Below, one piece after another: positions 52,338 through 62,284 of a stretch of DNA of 64,000 bases (positions within the stretch are counted from its first letter, which is position 1; every line of letters starts with the position of its first letter). The notes under the pieces were generated by a model, which worked only from the letters and a program-made list of their open reading frames with translations, did no database searches and was not told the origin of the DNA. This DNA is from Bdellovibrionales bacterium (lineage in GTDB: Bacteria; Bdellovibrionota; Bdellovibrionia; Bdellovibrionales; UBA1609), in assembly GCA_965219095.1 (NCBI GenBank), contig OZ244719.1, positions 64,001 through 128,000 on the forward strand, given 5' to 3'. The position numbers and the translations under genes are program-made.

Positions 52338-53561
52338 TTACATGACAGAGTAAAAAAGGTTTGAAGGCTGAGGTTTATTAAGAACTTTGTAAGGGTTGTC
52401 AGCATGTTCAATTAAATATATAAAGGGCTTGAGGTTTTTTTGAAACGTAGAATCAATAATATTTCCCGGGTAAAAGCCTCCCCGTAAGAAAGAAGAGGGA
52501 TCAAGTTCGAATGTAAAGGAGATAATGTTATGAACTCCATAGGTCCAATCTGTTGTGTCTCCTGAAGCGATATAAAGACCGGAAGATTGCATAGGTTTAT
52601 ACCCATTCCAAGAGGCCATTTGTTGTGCCATAGTTCGATGAACAGCAAGGTCTGTTTTCTTAGCTATGGGAGAATAGGTATGCCCCCAAGGATAGAGAAT
52701 GAGTTGAGAGAATGTATGAATACTAAGACAGATTGTGATGTTTTCATGTGTTTGTATAAATTTCTTTATGGTTTGAGTTTCAGGTTCGCTGAAAGGACTA
52801 GGTCCCTTATAAACATCGCTTTTAGGATTAGAACTAGAACCCCCTGTCCCCCATTTAAAGCTATAGTTTCTGTTTAGATCCACTCCTAAGCTTCCATTAA
52901 AATTTTTTCTTAAATTTTTTCTCCAGCTTTTATAAATTCCCGCTTCAATATCATATTCTGCTCCATCAGGATTGACTAAAGGTATAATGTGGATCTCTCG
53001 GGATTTTATAAGGCGTACTACTTCAGGTGTTTTTTTTCTGAATTCTTCTACTAAATAACGTGCTAACTCTATGCCCATTTCTACAGACAAGTGCTCTCTT
53101 GCATGGGTTCCGCCCATGATGACAAGACCTGGTTTTTCATGGCTATTTTCTTGATCTGTAGAGATTACTATGTGGTAAATGTTCCTGTCGAGGATACTTT
53201 TTCCTATGATATGAGAAGAAACAATATCACTATTTTTTTGAACAAGATTTTCAATGAAATCTTTCATTTCATTATAATTGTGATAAGCCGAATCTCTTTC
53301 AGGAAAATCTTGAGTTTTAATAGGAAAGGCAATAGATACATGAAATTTCTTTTTAATTTGCTTTAAGGTTTGAGTTTGAACAAAAGCTACAACGTAATCC
53401 TTATTAACTTGTTCAATAGCAATTCCTGCATTGGCTATGGCTGTTCGTTCTTCTTTAGTATGAGCGGATATCTTAACCCAGTGGTATTGGTTTTGAGAAC
53501 TAAAAGAACTAAAGCCTACAAAAGAGATGGTTAAAAAAGTGATTAAAGTTATTGATTTCAT
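52338..53561 (-). CDS. Secreted M14 zinc carboxypeptidase (carboxypeptidase T-like)
   Basis: HARE, NPDG, WRKN, GVDLNRNY, SEPET, HTFS, FTFEL. Confidence 0.93.
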   Translation of the reverse strand: MKSITLITFLTISFVGFSSFSSQNQYHWVKISAHTKEERTAIANAGIAIEQVNKDYVVAFVQTQTLKQIKKKFHVSIAFPIKTQDFPERDSAYHNYNEMKDFIENLVQKNSDIVSSHIIGKSILDRNIYHIVISTDQENSHEKPGLVIMGGTHAREHLSVEMGIELARYLVEEFRKKTPEVVRLIKSREIHIIPLVNPDGAEYDIEAGIYKSWRKNLRKNFNGSLGVDLNRNYSFKWGTGGSSSNPKSDVYKGPSPFSEPETQTIKKFIQTHENITICLSIHTFSQLILYPWGHTYSPIAKKTDLAVHRTMAQQMASWNGYKPMQSSGLYIASGDTTDWTYGVHNIISFTFELDPSSFLRGGFYPGNIIDSTFQKNLKPFIYLIEHADNPYKVLNKPQPSNLFYSVM

Positions 53562-53612
53562 AGCACCCTCCTTAGTTTTTTGATCTATATTTTTTATAGA
53601 ATTTTATAAACC

Positions 53613-54653
53613 CTAATCTTTATGAGAAATAGTTGATAAGGAGTCTGGTTGTTCAGGCTTATCGGGAGGAATGGAATCAAGAGGTCTATAAGAGACTATA
53701 ATTTTTGAATTTAATGGTGGTGCCACTTCAAAGATGAGCTTTTTTCCGTCAATGATGAATTGGCTGTTTTCTTGTTGTGGCTGAACAGTCACTTTTAAAG
53801 AAGGAAGAAAGGGTTCTTTTTTGAGATGGAACACTTTAACAGGATTTCTAGGTTTTTTCCCAATTTCTTCTAACTCTTTTGAATAGTTTTTAGAGCAAAT
53901 GCTTTTTGAAAGGCCGTTTGTTTTTTGAGACAGCTCAAAAGCAAAGCTTCCATAGTTAGCAGTGCTACCTTGCTCTTCTCTACATCGTTTATCTCCAGGA
54001 AGAACAATAAGAGAATGAAACTGTAGGGTTTTTTGAGAAAAAACTTTATGAAATTTCCTCAAAACTTTTTCAGGTGTTACAAGGGAGCGCCCTGTTCCCG
54101 CTAAGCCATTGCTTCCTTCATCTTCATTAGAGAGAAGAACAACAGTAAATTCCACTCCGTTTCTAAAAAGATTTCTTGTTTTATTTCTTGACTTTTCAAT
54201 AGCTAAAAACACAGCTTCTAATCCTCTTTCATCAGAGGAAGGACAATTGGTATTACAAGGCCTTGGGGTTTCAGGTCTTATAATAGCATGTAAAAATTTT
54301 TCTTTGCGAAAAGGAGTATATGGTTTAAGAACTTTTAAACCTGTTTCATCAAATTCAATAAGCTCACCTTTCATACCGTATCTTTTGCTACTAACATCTG
54401 TGTTAGTGACAGACAACTGCCAATCCACCTCTTTGAGTTGCTCAATAAAAGAATCCATTTTATGGGCCATATCTTTTTGAGCTTTTGTCATAGAACGCGA
54501 GTTATCAATAACAACAAGAATGTCCAGTTTAGCAGGTTTGCCGTTTTGCCGTAAAACTTCTGATACAATAAGAGGTGCTTTAGTAAAGTTAACATCACTA
54601 CAGCTTAGTGCTACTAAAGATAAAAAACAAAAAAGAAGATTTTTTACTCTCAT
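53613..54653 (-). CDS. Lipoprotein with vWA-like domain
   Basis: Lipobox ALSC; DILVVIDNSRSM MIDAS-like motif; SNEDE. Confidence 0.8.
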   Translation of the reverse strand: MRVKNLLFCFLSLVALSCSDVNFTKAPLIVSEVLRQNGKPAKLDILVVIDNSRSMTKAQKDMAHKMDSFIEQLKEVDWQLSVTNTDVSSKRYGMKGELIEFDETGLKVLKPYTPFRKEKFLHAIIRPETPRPCNTNCPSSDERGLEAVFLAIEKSRNKTRNLFRNGVEFTVVLLSNEDEGSNGLAGTGRSLVTPEKVLRKFHKVFSQKTLQFHSLIVLPGDKRCREEQGSTANYGSFAFELSQKTNGLSKSICSKNYSKELEEIGKKPRNPVKVFHLKKEPFLPSLKVTVQPQQENSQFIIDGKKLIFEVAPPLNSKIIVSYRPLDSIPPDKPEQPDSLSTISHKD

Positions 54654-54911
54654 ACTTCAAACGGTAAAATTCTTATTTCAGAAAAGCAAACTTTTTTAAT
54701 TTTTCCACACGAAAGTCTAGCGAAAAGAGCTCTCTTTTAACCTCTCTTTTTTCTAAAAAAGTTTAGAGTCATTAGCTAATTGAGGTTTTTTAGTCTTTAA
54801 TTTTTTTCGGTAAATAATTTGAAAATAATCTTTAGTCTAGAAAAAATGTTCTTATTTAAACAAGTAAAAATAAAGCTACTCAGGGGGGTTTTTTTTAGCT
54901 ATATTTTTTTT

Positions 54912-55238
54912 ATGGCTAGTCGTCGTACAGGAATAAGAATTCATAAGCATAAAAACGTAGGCCGTTATTTTAGAGCAAAAAGAATAAAAGCCGGCTTGAG
55001 CCAAGAAGCTGTTGCTAAGGCTTTGAATTATACAAGTATACAGATTGTTTCGAATTGGGAAAGAGGCCTCTGTTCTCCTCCAGGAAAAATACTAAAAAAT
55101 CTAAGTAAACTTTACAAAATTGATAAAATGGATATTATGGAATTTCTTGTTAGCCAATCAAGAATAGAGTATTTAGCTCTTTTAGGGATAAAAAACAAAG
55201 CCAATAAGTCTAAACCTAAAGTAAAAAGAAGAAAATAA
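54912..55238 (+). CDS. XRE-family HTH protein 1, basic tails
   Basis: YFRAKRIKAGLSQEAVAKALNYTSIQIVSNWERGLCSPP; ATG 54912 preferred. Confidence 0.88.
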   Translation: MASRRTGIRIHKHKNVGRYFRAKRIKAGLSQEAVAKALNYTSIQIVSNWERGLCSPPGKILKNLSKLYKIDKMDIMEFLVSQSRIEYLALLGIKNKANKSKPKVKRRK

Positions 55239-55453
55239 ACATACCAGAAAAAAATCTTCAGCTTCACCTTTAAAAAACAAGAAAGGGAGTTTTTCATCTT
55301 GGTAAAGAAATTGTATATTCTTCACATATATAAAATGTTTATTTATAAGTTTCTAAATTTCAGTTTATAAGAACCAGGGTAAATGTAAGATTATGACTTC
55401 ATTAAAGTACTCTTTTGTTGTTTTATTTGACTTGAAAAAAATTTTCTAGAGCG

Positions 55454-55490
55454 GTGCATTATCCTTTTAAATAAACTAAATTTAGTTTAT
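55454..55490 (+). promoter_or_regulatory. Promoter/operator of HTH gene 2
   Basis: GTGCAT-17-TAAATT; 20-bp perfect palindrome ATAAACTAAATTTAGTTTAT at 55471-55490. Confidence 0.7.
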
Positions 55491-55539
55491 AAATGAGTTG
55501 GCAACAAAAAAACTGACAAAAAACAAAAAAGGAGATGTT

Positions 55540-55830
55540 ATGAAAAAAAAGAAAATACACCAAAATGTAGGACGTTACTTTAGAGCAAAAAGAATAAAAT
55601 CAGGTTTGAGTCAAGAGGAAGTGGTTAAGTCTTTAGGCTACACCAGTATACAGATCGTTTCGAATTGGGAGAGAGGAATTTGTTCCCCTCCTTCAAGAAT
55701 TCTTAAAAGCTTAATGAAGCTCTACAAAATTGACAAAAAAGAGTATCTTGAGTTTTTCATAAGTGAGACTCGTAGAGAGTATATAAGCCTTTTAGGCTTA
55801 AGACAGACAAAGAAAAAAACCAAAAAGTAA
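55540..55830 (+). CDS. XRE-family HTH protein 2
   Basis: Paralog of gene 1; RBS AAGGAG before ATG 55540. Confidence 0.88.
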   Translation: MKKKKIHQNVGRYFRAKRIKSGLSQEEVVKSLGYTSIQIVSNWERGICSPPSRILKSLMKLYKIDKKEYLEFFISETRREYISLLGLRQTKKKTKK

Positions 55831-55860
55831 AATGGCTTACTCAAGAGACTAAAAATTTTA

Positions 55861-55902
55861 CAAAAAAAAGGATAGCTTTTGTTGAAGCTATCCTTTTTTT
55901 TG
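55861..55902. terminator. Bidirectional intrinsic terminator
   Basis: A8-GGATAGCTT-ttgttg-AAGCTATCC-T8. Confidence 0.85.
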
Positions 55903-55983
55903 TTGAAAATTTTTCAAAATATATAAAATTTACACACCAAAGAGCTTTTACTTGGCTTTTAAAAAAGTTTCTTCTTTTTTGCT

Positions 55984-56019
55984 TTGCATTATTCTTTTAA
56001 ACAAACTAAATTTAGTTTA
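55984..56019 (+). promoter_or_regulatory. Promoter/operator of HTH gene 3
   Basis: TTGCAT-17-TAAATT; palindrome AAACTAAATTTAGTTT at 56003-56018; 33/35 identical to 55455-55489. Confidence 0.7.
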
Positions 56020-56094
56020 GAATCTGACTTCTAGATAGAAGGAAGAAGAATAAAACTATGAAAACCAAAAGAAAAAACAGAAAGGAGAAATAAA

Positions 56095-56397
56095 ATGAGA
56101 ATAAGAGCAAACCGTCATTCACGAACAGGGAGTTACTTCAGGAACAAAAGATTAGAAGTAGGTCTTGATCAAGAGGATGTAGCTAAAGCACTAGATTACA
56201 CAAGCACACAAATGATTTCTAACTGGGAAAGAGGTCTATGCTCTCCCCCAGGAAAAGTCCTTAAAACTCTAATGAAGCTTTATAAGATTAAAAGGGAAGA
56301 GCTTATGAGTTTTCTTGTTGATCAGGTGAAAATAGAATATGAAGCTTTACTAGGGCAATCTAAAGCTAGAAGAAAAGTAAGAAGAAAAGCTAAGTAA
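56095..56397 (+). CDS. XRE-family HTH protein 3
   Basis: YFRNKRLEVGLDQEDVAKALDYTSTQMISNWERGLCSPP. Confidence 0.88.
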   Translation: MRIRANRHSRTGSYFRNKRLEVGLDQEDVAKALDYTSTQMISNWERGLCSPPGKVLKTLMKLYKIKREELMSFLVDQVKIEYEALLGQSKARRKVRRKAK

Positions 56398-56404
56398 AAA
56401 TAAA

Positions 56405-56437
56405 GCCTCCTCAAAAGAATCTGTGGGTAAAAACTAG
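56405..56437. mobile_element. Solo ISL3 end
   Basis: GCCTCCTCAAAAGAATCTGTGGGT. Confidence 0.8.
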
Positions 56438-56523
56438 ACCCCGCTTTCTGTGTATGAATTTTGAAGTGCAATCAGTATAAATTACCCATGAAAAAGCATG
56501 AATGGCTAAATGGTATTTATAAT

Positions 56524-57357
56524 TTAAGATAAAAGATTCTTTATAGGAAGAGGGAGTTTATCAAAAGGAGTTAAAAGCCCTGATTTAAGAGATTTTTCTA
56601 AAGCTTTTGAATTTTTCCACACATGACCTTCTTTTAAAAAAAGCTTCAAAAATTCAAAGCTTTTCTTATTGTTATTTTTCATAACTTCCATTACATGCTC
56701 TATTTCTACAGGCTTCACATCCTCTTTCCAACAATCGTAATCTGTTACAAAACAGCATGGAAGATAAGCCAGTCCTGCTTCTTTAGCTAAAGCGTACTCA
56801 GGAAAGTTTGTCATACCTATGACGTCTGCCTTTAAAGCTCTATAAGACTGCGATTCAGCTTTAGTAGAAAAATAAGGCCCTTCAATACAGACATAGGTTT
56901 TTTTTTCATAAGTTGTGAAATCACATTGTTGCGATACTTCATATGCTTTTTGACTAAGAACTTTACATACAGGATCAGCTAAAGACACATGGGCTACCAC
57001 CCCTTTTCCTGTAAAAGAAGAAGCTCTTAAAGATTTTGTTCTATCAATGTATTGATTTACGATTACCATATCTCCGGGCCTTAATGTTTCATTCAAACTT
57101 CCTACAGCAGAAAAAGACAAGATCGCTTTTGTGCCTAATGTTTTAAGAGCATAAATGTTAGCTCTATAGTTCACTTCAGAAGGCAAGAGTTCATGTGAGA
57201 TTCCATGACGAGGAAGAAAGAGCAGTTTATGCCCCTGAATCTTAACAAATTTCAAACCACTTGAAGTCTGCCCAAAAGGAGTTTTTCGAGAGCATTCCTC
57301 CTGCACCTCAAACTCCTTAAACGTTTCGAAACCAGAACCACCTATGACAGCTAACAT
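56524..57357 (-). CDS. mtnP: 5'-methylthioadenosine phosphorylase (MTAP family)
   Basis: IGGSG, RHG, NYRANI, EGPYFSTKAES, GMT..PE, TDYDCW. Confidence 0.9.
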   Translation of the reverse strand: MLAVIGGSGFETFKEFEVQEECSRKTPFGQTSSGLKFVKIQGHKLLFLPRHGISHELLPSEVNYRANIYALKTLGTKAILSFSAVGSLNETLRPGDMVIVNQYIDRTKSLRASSFTGKGVVAHVSLADPVCKVLSQKAYEVSQQCDFTTYEKKTYVCIEGPYFSTKAESQSYRALKADVIGMTNFPEYALAKEAGLAYLPCCFVTDYDCWKEDVKPVEIEHVMEVMKNNNKKSFEFLKLFLKEGHVWKNSKALEKSLKSGLLTPFDKLPLPIKNLLS

Positions 57358-57419
57358 GGGACACCTTCCCAAAAACAAAAAGTGATCTTATAAAAAACTA
57401 TCATTTAAAAGTTCTTGTC

Positions 57420-58928
57420 TTATTCATTTCTTGTTTTATTCATCTCTAGCTGAACTTGCTTTAAAAACTGTTTATTTTGAGGAAGAGCCAAATAAAGGTC
57501 AGCCCAAAGAGGAACATCCACTTGCCTTATATCCCACTGAAAGTGGTTTTTCCTATCCCATTTCATAATTTCTTGATAAACTTTCTTATACCAGTAAGTT
57601 TTAAAAAAACTACGGAAATGTGAAGGCTTTCTTTTCTTAACCCAAACAAAAGTTTTTTTCAAGAGATCGTCATTACATGACTTAAAGTTTTTTTCATGTT
57701 TAGGGAAGAACAGATTCAAGCAAGACTTTACAGGAATTAAAAAATCCTTATTAAGGTTCTTAGCTCCTACAAGTCGCCATTCAGGACGGTGAGATTGTAA
57801 AAGAGCCTGCCATTTTTGCTTTTCAAGATTTCTTTGAGCTTCCCAACTTTTTGAAAGTTGAGTTTCTTTTTCATGTTTAAAAGTCCAAGGGTCTAAAGAT
57901 AAGTTTCTGAAAAAATTTGTTAACTCCTGAGAAACCATTTTGTTCTTTACAAGCAGTTCAGATTGAAAAAGTTTAGGCTTTTGATCCCACAAAAACAAAT
58001 AAGAATCTTTCCTTACAGCGAAACGACTTCTGCTTTTATGCTTCCACTGAGTCCAAGAGGATTCCATTAAAATTTTTCTACCTTGAAACTGAGGAGCGGA
58101 CTTTTCTTTTAAAAGGGGTTTAAGGGAATAAATGGGTAATTCTTTAAGTAAGTTTTTTGGGCTCTTAGGTAAGCCTAAAAGATCATAAAATGTCTCCCCT
58201 AAATCAACCAAACTCACCAAATCTGTAATACTTTTCTTTTTATATGTTGATTTGATCCACAGAGGGACTCTTGTTTTTGATGCCTTTAAATTATAGGGAA
58301 GACCTTTGCCCTGAAGGCCTAAAAGAATAACAAAAGAATCAGGCCTTATTTTTTTTAATTTTATGACCATCGCTTCAATTTTTTGAATCAAATTTTGTTT
58401 TGATTCACCAAACTGTAAATCAGAAAGATAAATGAAAGTGACAAAAAACTCCTTAGAGGAAACTTCTTGTTCTAGCCAATAAAAAAACTGTTGAAAATTC
58501 TTCTGAGCGGGAATATAAATTTCATTTTTAGAAATATCAGGTTGATCTTGAAACACTTCAAAACCTTGTTGAAGTCCTGCCTTTTTAAAAATAGGGACTC
58601 CTCCTGAAAAAAAACTTGTACGAAAACCTTTTAAAACTGCTTTTTCTGCAAGTGTCTCTACTTCAGATGACAAAAATTGATCTCCATTATGCCAAACATG
58701 ATTTTCAAAGGGGTACTTCCCTGTCATTAAAGAAACCACAACAGCTTGGCTAAAAGTTGAAGGTGTGTAAGCTTGAGAAAATTTTGTAAAATCATAACAC
58801 CAATCTTTTTGGCACACTAAATCTTCAAAACCTAAGGAATCCACCATAAGAACAGTTAATGAACTTTTAGCAAAACAAAAAAAACCAAAACTCAAGGTCA
58901 GAAAAAACCATAAAAATTTATAAACCAT
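57420..58928 (-). CDS. Sulfatase/alkaline-phosphatase-superfamily protein
   Basis: VDSL, AYTPS....SLMTGKYP, TLAE, VSLVDL; ATG at 58928. Confidence 0.75.
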   Translation of the reverse strand: MVYKFLWFFLTLSFGFFCFAKSSLTVLMVDSLGFEDLVCQKDWCYDFTKFSQAYTPSTFSQAVVVSLMTGKYPFENHVWHNGDQFLSSEVETLAEKAVLKGFRTSFFSGGVPIFKKAGLQQGFEVFQDQPDISKNEIYIPAQKNFQQFFYWLEQEVSSKEFFVTFIYLSDLQFGESKQNLIQKIEAMVIKLKKIRPDSFVILLGLQGKGLPYNLKASKTRVPLWIKSTYKKKSITDLVSLVDLGETFYDLLGLPKSPKNLLKELPIYSLKPLLKEKSAPQFQGRKILMESSWTQWKHKSRSRFAVRKDSYLFLWDQKPKLFQSELLVKNKMVSQELTNFFRNLSLDPWTFKHEKETQLSKSWEAQRNLEKQKWQALLQSHRPEWRLVGAKNLNKDFLIPVKSCLNLFFPKHEKNFKSCNDDLLKKTFVWVKKRKPSHFRSFFKTYWYKKVYQEIMKWDRKNHFQWDIRQVDVPLWADLYLALPQNKQFLKQVQLEMNKTRNE

Positions 58929-58949
58929 ATCATTTTTTATTATAACTAG

Positions 58950-59181
58950 CACTACTTTGGCAAGTTATCCATAACCCTTTTCATAAAGAGATGGAGTCCA
59001 AAGACTTTGATGTTGACATTTAGGACAGATATGTATCTTTAGGAGTTCGTTAATAATGCTACGAACCTGAGGAAGTGTTATATTTTTTAGTTTTTTTAAC
59101 TCTGAATATCTCACACTCACCCCCTCCTGAGGTATCTTTGAGCCTACTATAGCACAACTTAATTCACTTGCCAAAGTAATA
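58950..59181 (-). mobile_element. IS701-derived 232-bp MITE with CTAG TSD
   Basis: IRs CACTACTTTGGCAAGT / ACTTGCCAAAGTAATA flanked by CTAG (58946-58949, 59182-59185); retains a TLPQVR..CPKC transposase-like tail. Confidence 0.82.
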
Positions 59182-59333
59182 CTAGTTGTCCGTGAAAAAG
59201 TAGTTATTTCTTTTATTTACCCATATTTTCCATGAGAAGAAAAGCTACAAGGAAGGTGAGCTTTTAAAAAACTTCTAAAATTCGAGATTTTGCAAAGGTT
59301 TTTCGTCTTTATCTTTCATTTACTTGTAAAATA

Positions 59334-60473
59334 TATAGTGCTTCCGTTTAGGTTTTCAGTTTCCTAAGATAGAGAAGTTATCAGTTATCAAAGTTTCTAA
59401 TTTAGATCTGTGTTTTCGTATTCCTCTAAAAAATTGACTTAAACTTCCCTTGAAATCGTCATAGTTTTCATAATATCGATTCGCCGTGACTTCTTTTTTC
59501 ATAAACTTCCAAAGTCTTTCTATAGGATTTAAATTCGGTGAGTACGGAGGAAGATAAACAAGTTTTATATTCAACTCTTTCGCTAACTTCTTGACAGACT
59601 TCGATCTATTGTATCCGGCCCCATCTAAGATAAGATGAATCTCTTTTTCATCGGGATGCTTCTTGCGAATATGATGGAGCATATCACATATGGAAACATG
59701 GTTAACTGTCTTATAACTCCTGACTACCGTCTTCAAACTATTGATCTCAATAGCTCCACAAACATTCACTCTTTTTCTCCAGCCTGAATTGGTCTTCACT
59801 TCAAACTTCTTACCCTCTCTTATCCAACCATATGAAATCGTAGGGCCCCACTCAGGATGTGTGGAATCAGCAAAGTAAACAGGACCGTCTTTCTTCTTAA
59901 TTCTCTTGTATTTACGCACAAACTTTTTCTGCTCTTCTCTCTTTGCCTTACCCGGTATCGCTGTGGCTTTTTTATAAGAAAAACCAAGGCGATGGAGAAG
60001 ATCAATTACACCACTTGTTAAAGTACGTAACACCAAAATTCTCCTCAATGAACTGAATAAGGGCCTGTGATGATGGAAAAATTCTTTTCTCTAATTCCTT
60101 TAAAAGCATTTTCTCCTCTTTCTTAGTTAAAAAGGACCTTTTAGGGTTGTAATTGTCGTTGATTAAGCACCTATTCCGCCTTTGTTATAACGATCTCTAC
60201 AGGCTCTTATCGTGCCCTCATCAATGAAAAGAAAACGGGAAATATCTTTACACAACTCACCTTTATCTAAATGGAGAATTGTCATAATCCTTTTTGCGTA
60301 TTTAAGATTTTTCTCTAGAGATAGTTCATAGAGTAAATCTTTTCGCTCTTTTTTTGATAGAAACCCTGACATATGAAACTATTTTTAAAAATAAATGACT
60401 TTTTATCAAGGCCTTAGAATAAAAACTAGACCTCAACTCAAAAAAAACGGAAAACCTAAGCGGAAGCACTATA
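59334..60473 (-). mobile_element. IS630-B copy (OrfB 59356..60048 intact, OrfA frameshifted)
   Basis: IRs as at 28089..29230. Confidence 0.92.
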
Positions 60474-60520
60474 GATGTGTTTTAGGGTTAATCTCTGTAG
60501 TAGAAAACAACAGAGGTAGA

Positions 60521-60804
60521 GGACTTTGTTGTATGCTAAGCCTTTGAGTTTAACTAAGGTCTAGCGATTCATTGATAAATAGAGATGCTTTCCTGTAACC
60601 TAAGACCTTAGGAATACAAAGCAAGTATGGTAAGAAGGAAAATCGATTTAAGAAATTTTATGAATCAAGCTCATGAAGCTTCATGAAACGCAAGATTCTT
60701 ACATCAAATGAAGACTCCTTCAATTATCAGACTCCAAACTCAATAGGAATGATGTCACCTCAAGTGGAAACAACTTGATCTAAAACGCTTGTGTACAACA
60801 ACTC
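60521..60804 (+). mobile_element. IS903-group internally deleted remnant
   Basis: About 150 bp inverted-homologous to 45378-45530; degenerate IRs. Confidence 0.55.
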
Positions 60805-60935
60805 TGGGGTAGAGTGTAAAAAACCTAGACTTTTGGCAATTTTTTACAAGACTCTAACTAGAAAAAAACCTTTCAAGCTATTTTAGCACCTCGATGACCC
60901 TATAGGTTATTGACTTTTCCTACAGAGTACTTAAG

Positions 60936-62063
60936 ATGAGGGGCATGAATTATCTATCTCATCTATGGCTTAATGCTAAGACAGCTTTTATAGCTCTTTT
61001 AGGACTTCTACAAAGTCCTGAAGTGAGGAGTTTTGAACTCTCTAAACTCCATCTTCCCGATAACTTCTCCATTTCTGTTTTTGCCCGCATACCTGCAGCT
61101 CGTTCTTTAAGCCTTAGTCCCTCTGGGACTTTGTTTGTAGGTACCAGAGGAGCAGGTAAAGTCTATGCTGTTTTAGATACTGACAAAAATTTTGTTGCTG
61201 ATAAAATCTATACTTTAGCTCAAGATCTTGGCATGCCTAATGGGATTGCTTTTCATAAAGGTGATTTGTATGTAGCAGATATCCATCAGGTTTTAAGATT
61301 CAAGGATGTGGAAAATAATCTTGCGAAAACAACAAACTTTGAAGTGATCTATAAAAAACTACCTCGTAAGTTTCATCATGGGTGGCGTTATATAGCTTTT
61401 GGAAAAGACGGCCTTCTTTATATGGCAGTAGGAGCTCCTTGCAATGTATGTTTAGAAAAAGATCCTATATTTGCCACCATCATTCGTATTAACTTGGAAA
61501 CAAAAACTCATGAGATAATAGCCCAAGGGGTGAGAAATTCAGTAGGTTTTGACTGGCATCCTCTCACATCTGAACTTTGGTTTACTGATAACGGACGTGA
61601 TTTCTTAGGAGACAACCTCCCTCCTTGTGAACTCAATTCTCTATCGCAAAAAAATCAACATTTCGGCTTTCCCTATTGTCATGGAAAAAATATAGCTGAT
61701 AGAGATTTTAATCAGAAAACATGTGATAGTTTTGTGCCTCCTCGTTATGAATTTCCTGCTCATGTATCACCTTTAGGTATGAGATTTTATACAGGGAAAA
61801 TGTTCCCCAAAAAGTACCGTAATCAAATTTTTGTAGCAGAACATGGTTCATGGAACAGGACTAAAAAAGTAGGTTATAAAGTGTCTTTAATAGAACTAGA
61901 GAACAACAGGGTTATATCTTATACTGATTTCATCAAAGGTTTTTTGCAACCGGGAGAAGAAGTTCTAGGACGGCCCGTTGATATTATAGTTGATCATACA
62001 GGAGCCTTACTCATATCAGATGATCGTGCAGGTCTTATTTATCGTGTAACCTATAAAGAATAA
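60936..62063 (+). CDS. PQQ-dependent sugar/sorbosone dehydrogenase family beta-propeller
   Basis: PNGIAF, HHGWR, GAPCN, GVRNSVG, TDNGRD, HGSWNR, GRPVD; ATG 60945 is also possible. Confidence 0.9.
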   Translation: MRGMNYLSHLWLNAKTAFIALLGLLQSPEVRSFELSKLHLPDNFSISVFARIPAARSLSLSPSGTLFVGTRGAGKVYAVLDTDKNFVADKIYTLAQDLGMPNGIAFHKGDLYVADIHQVLRFKDVENNLAKTTNFEVIYKKLPRKFHHGWRYIAFGKDGLLYMAVGAPCNVCLEKDPIFATIIRINLETKTHEIIAQGVRNSVGFDWHPLTSELWFTDNGRDFLGDNLPPCELNSLSQKNQHFGFPYCHGKNIADRDFNQKTCDSFVPPRYEFPAHVSPLGMRFYTGKMFPKKYRNQIFVAEHGSWNRTKKVGYKVSLIELENNRVISYTDFIKGFLQPGEEVLGRPVDIIVDHTGALLISDDRAGLIYRVTYKE

Positions 62064-62245
62064 GGAATCTTGAGTTCACCCTTAAAAATAACACTCATAA
62101 AAAAACTCTTGTCATTGTCATTAATTTTGATTTTGTTTATATTCTGAGTTCAGTGTTTCGGAGCGATGCAATAATTGTAAATATTTAATATAATTAGATT
62201 TTTTTATTTTCTTGTTTGACAAGACAATCAACAAATAGTGCAGTA

Positions 62246-62284
62246 TATAGTGCTTCCGTTTAGGTTTTCAGTTTCCTAAGATAG
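62246..62284. mobile_element. IS630-B right-end stub
   Basis: TATAGTGCTTCCGTTTAGGTTTTCAGTTTCCTAAGATAG identical to 59334-59372. Confidence 0.85.

Noticed and set aside
5045..54480. Short ORFs overlapping or antisense to real genes (e.g. 5045, 8970, 17220, 21069, 25700, 39438, 41160, 45025, 52587, 54109)
   Set aside because: Shadow frames of well-supported CDSs with no recognisable motifs
56058..56093. Upstream micro-ORF MKTKRKNRKEK before HTH gene 3 as a leader peptide
   Set aside because: A-rich DNA makes such ORFs by chance; no equivalent before genes 1 and 2
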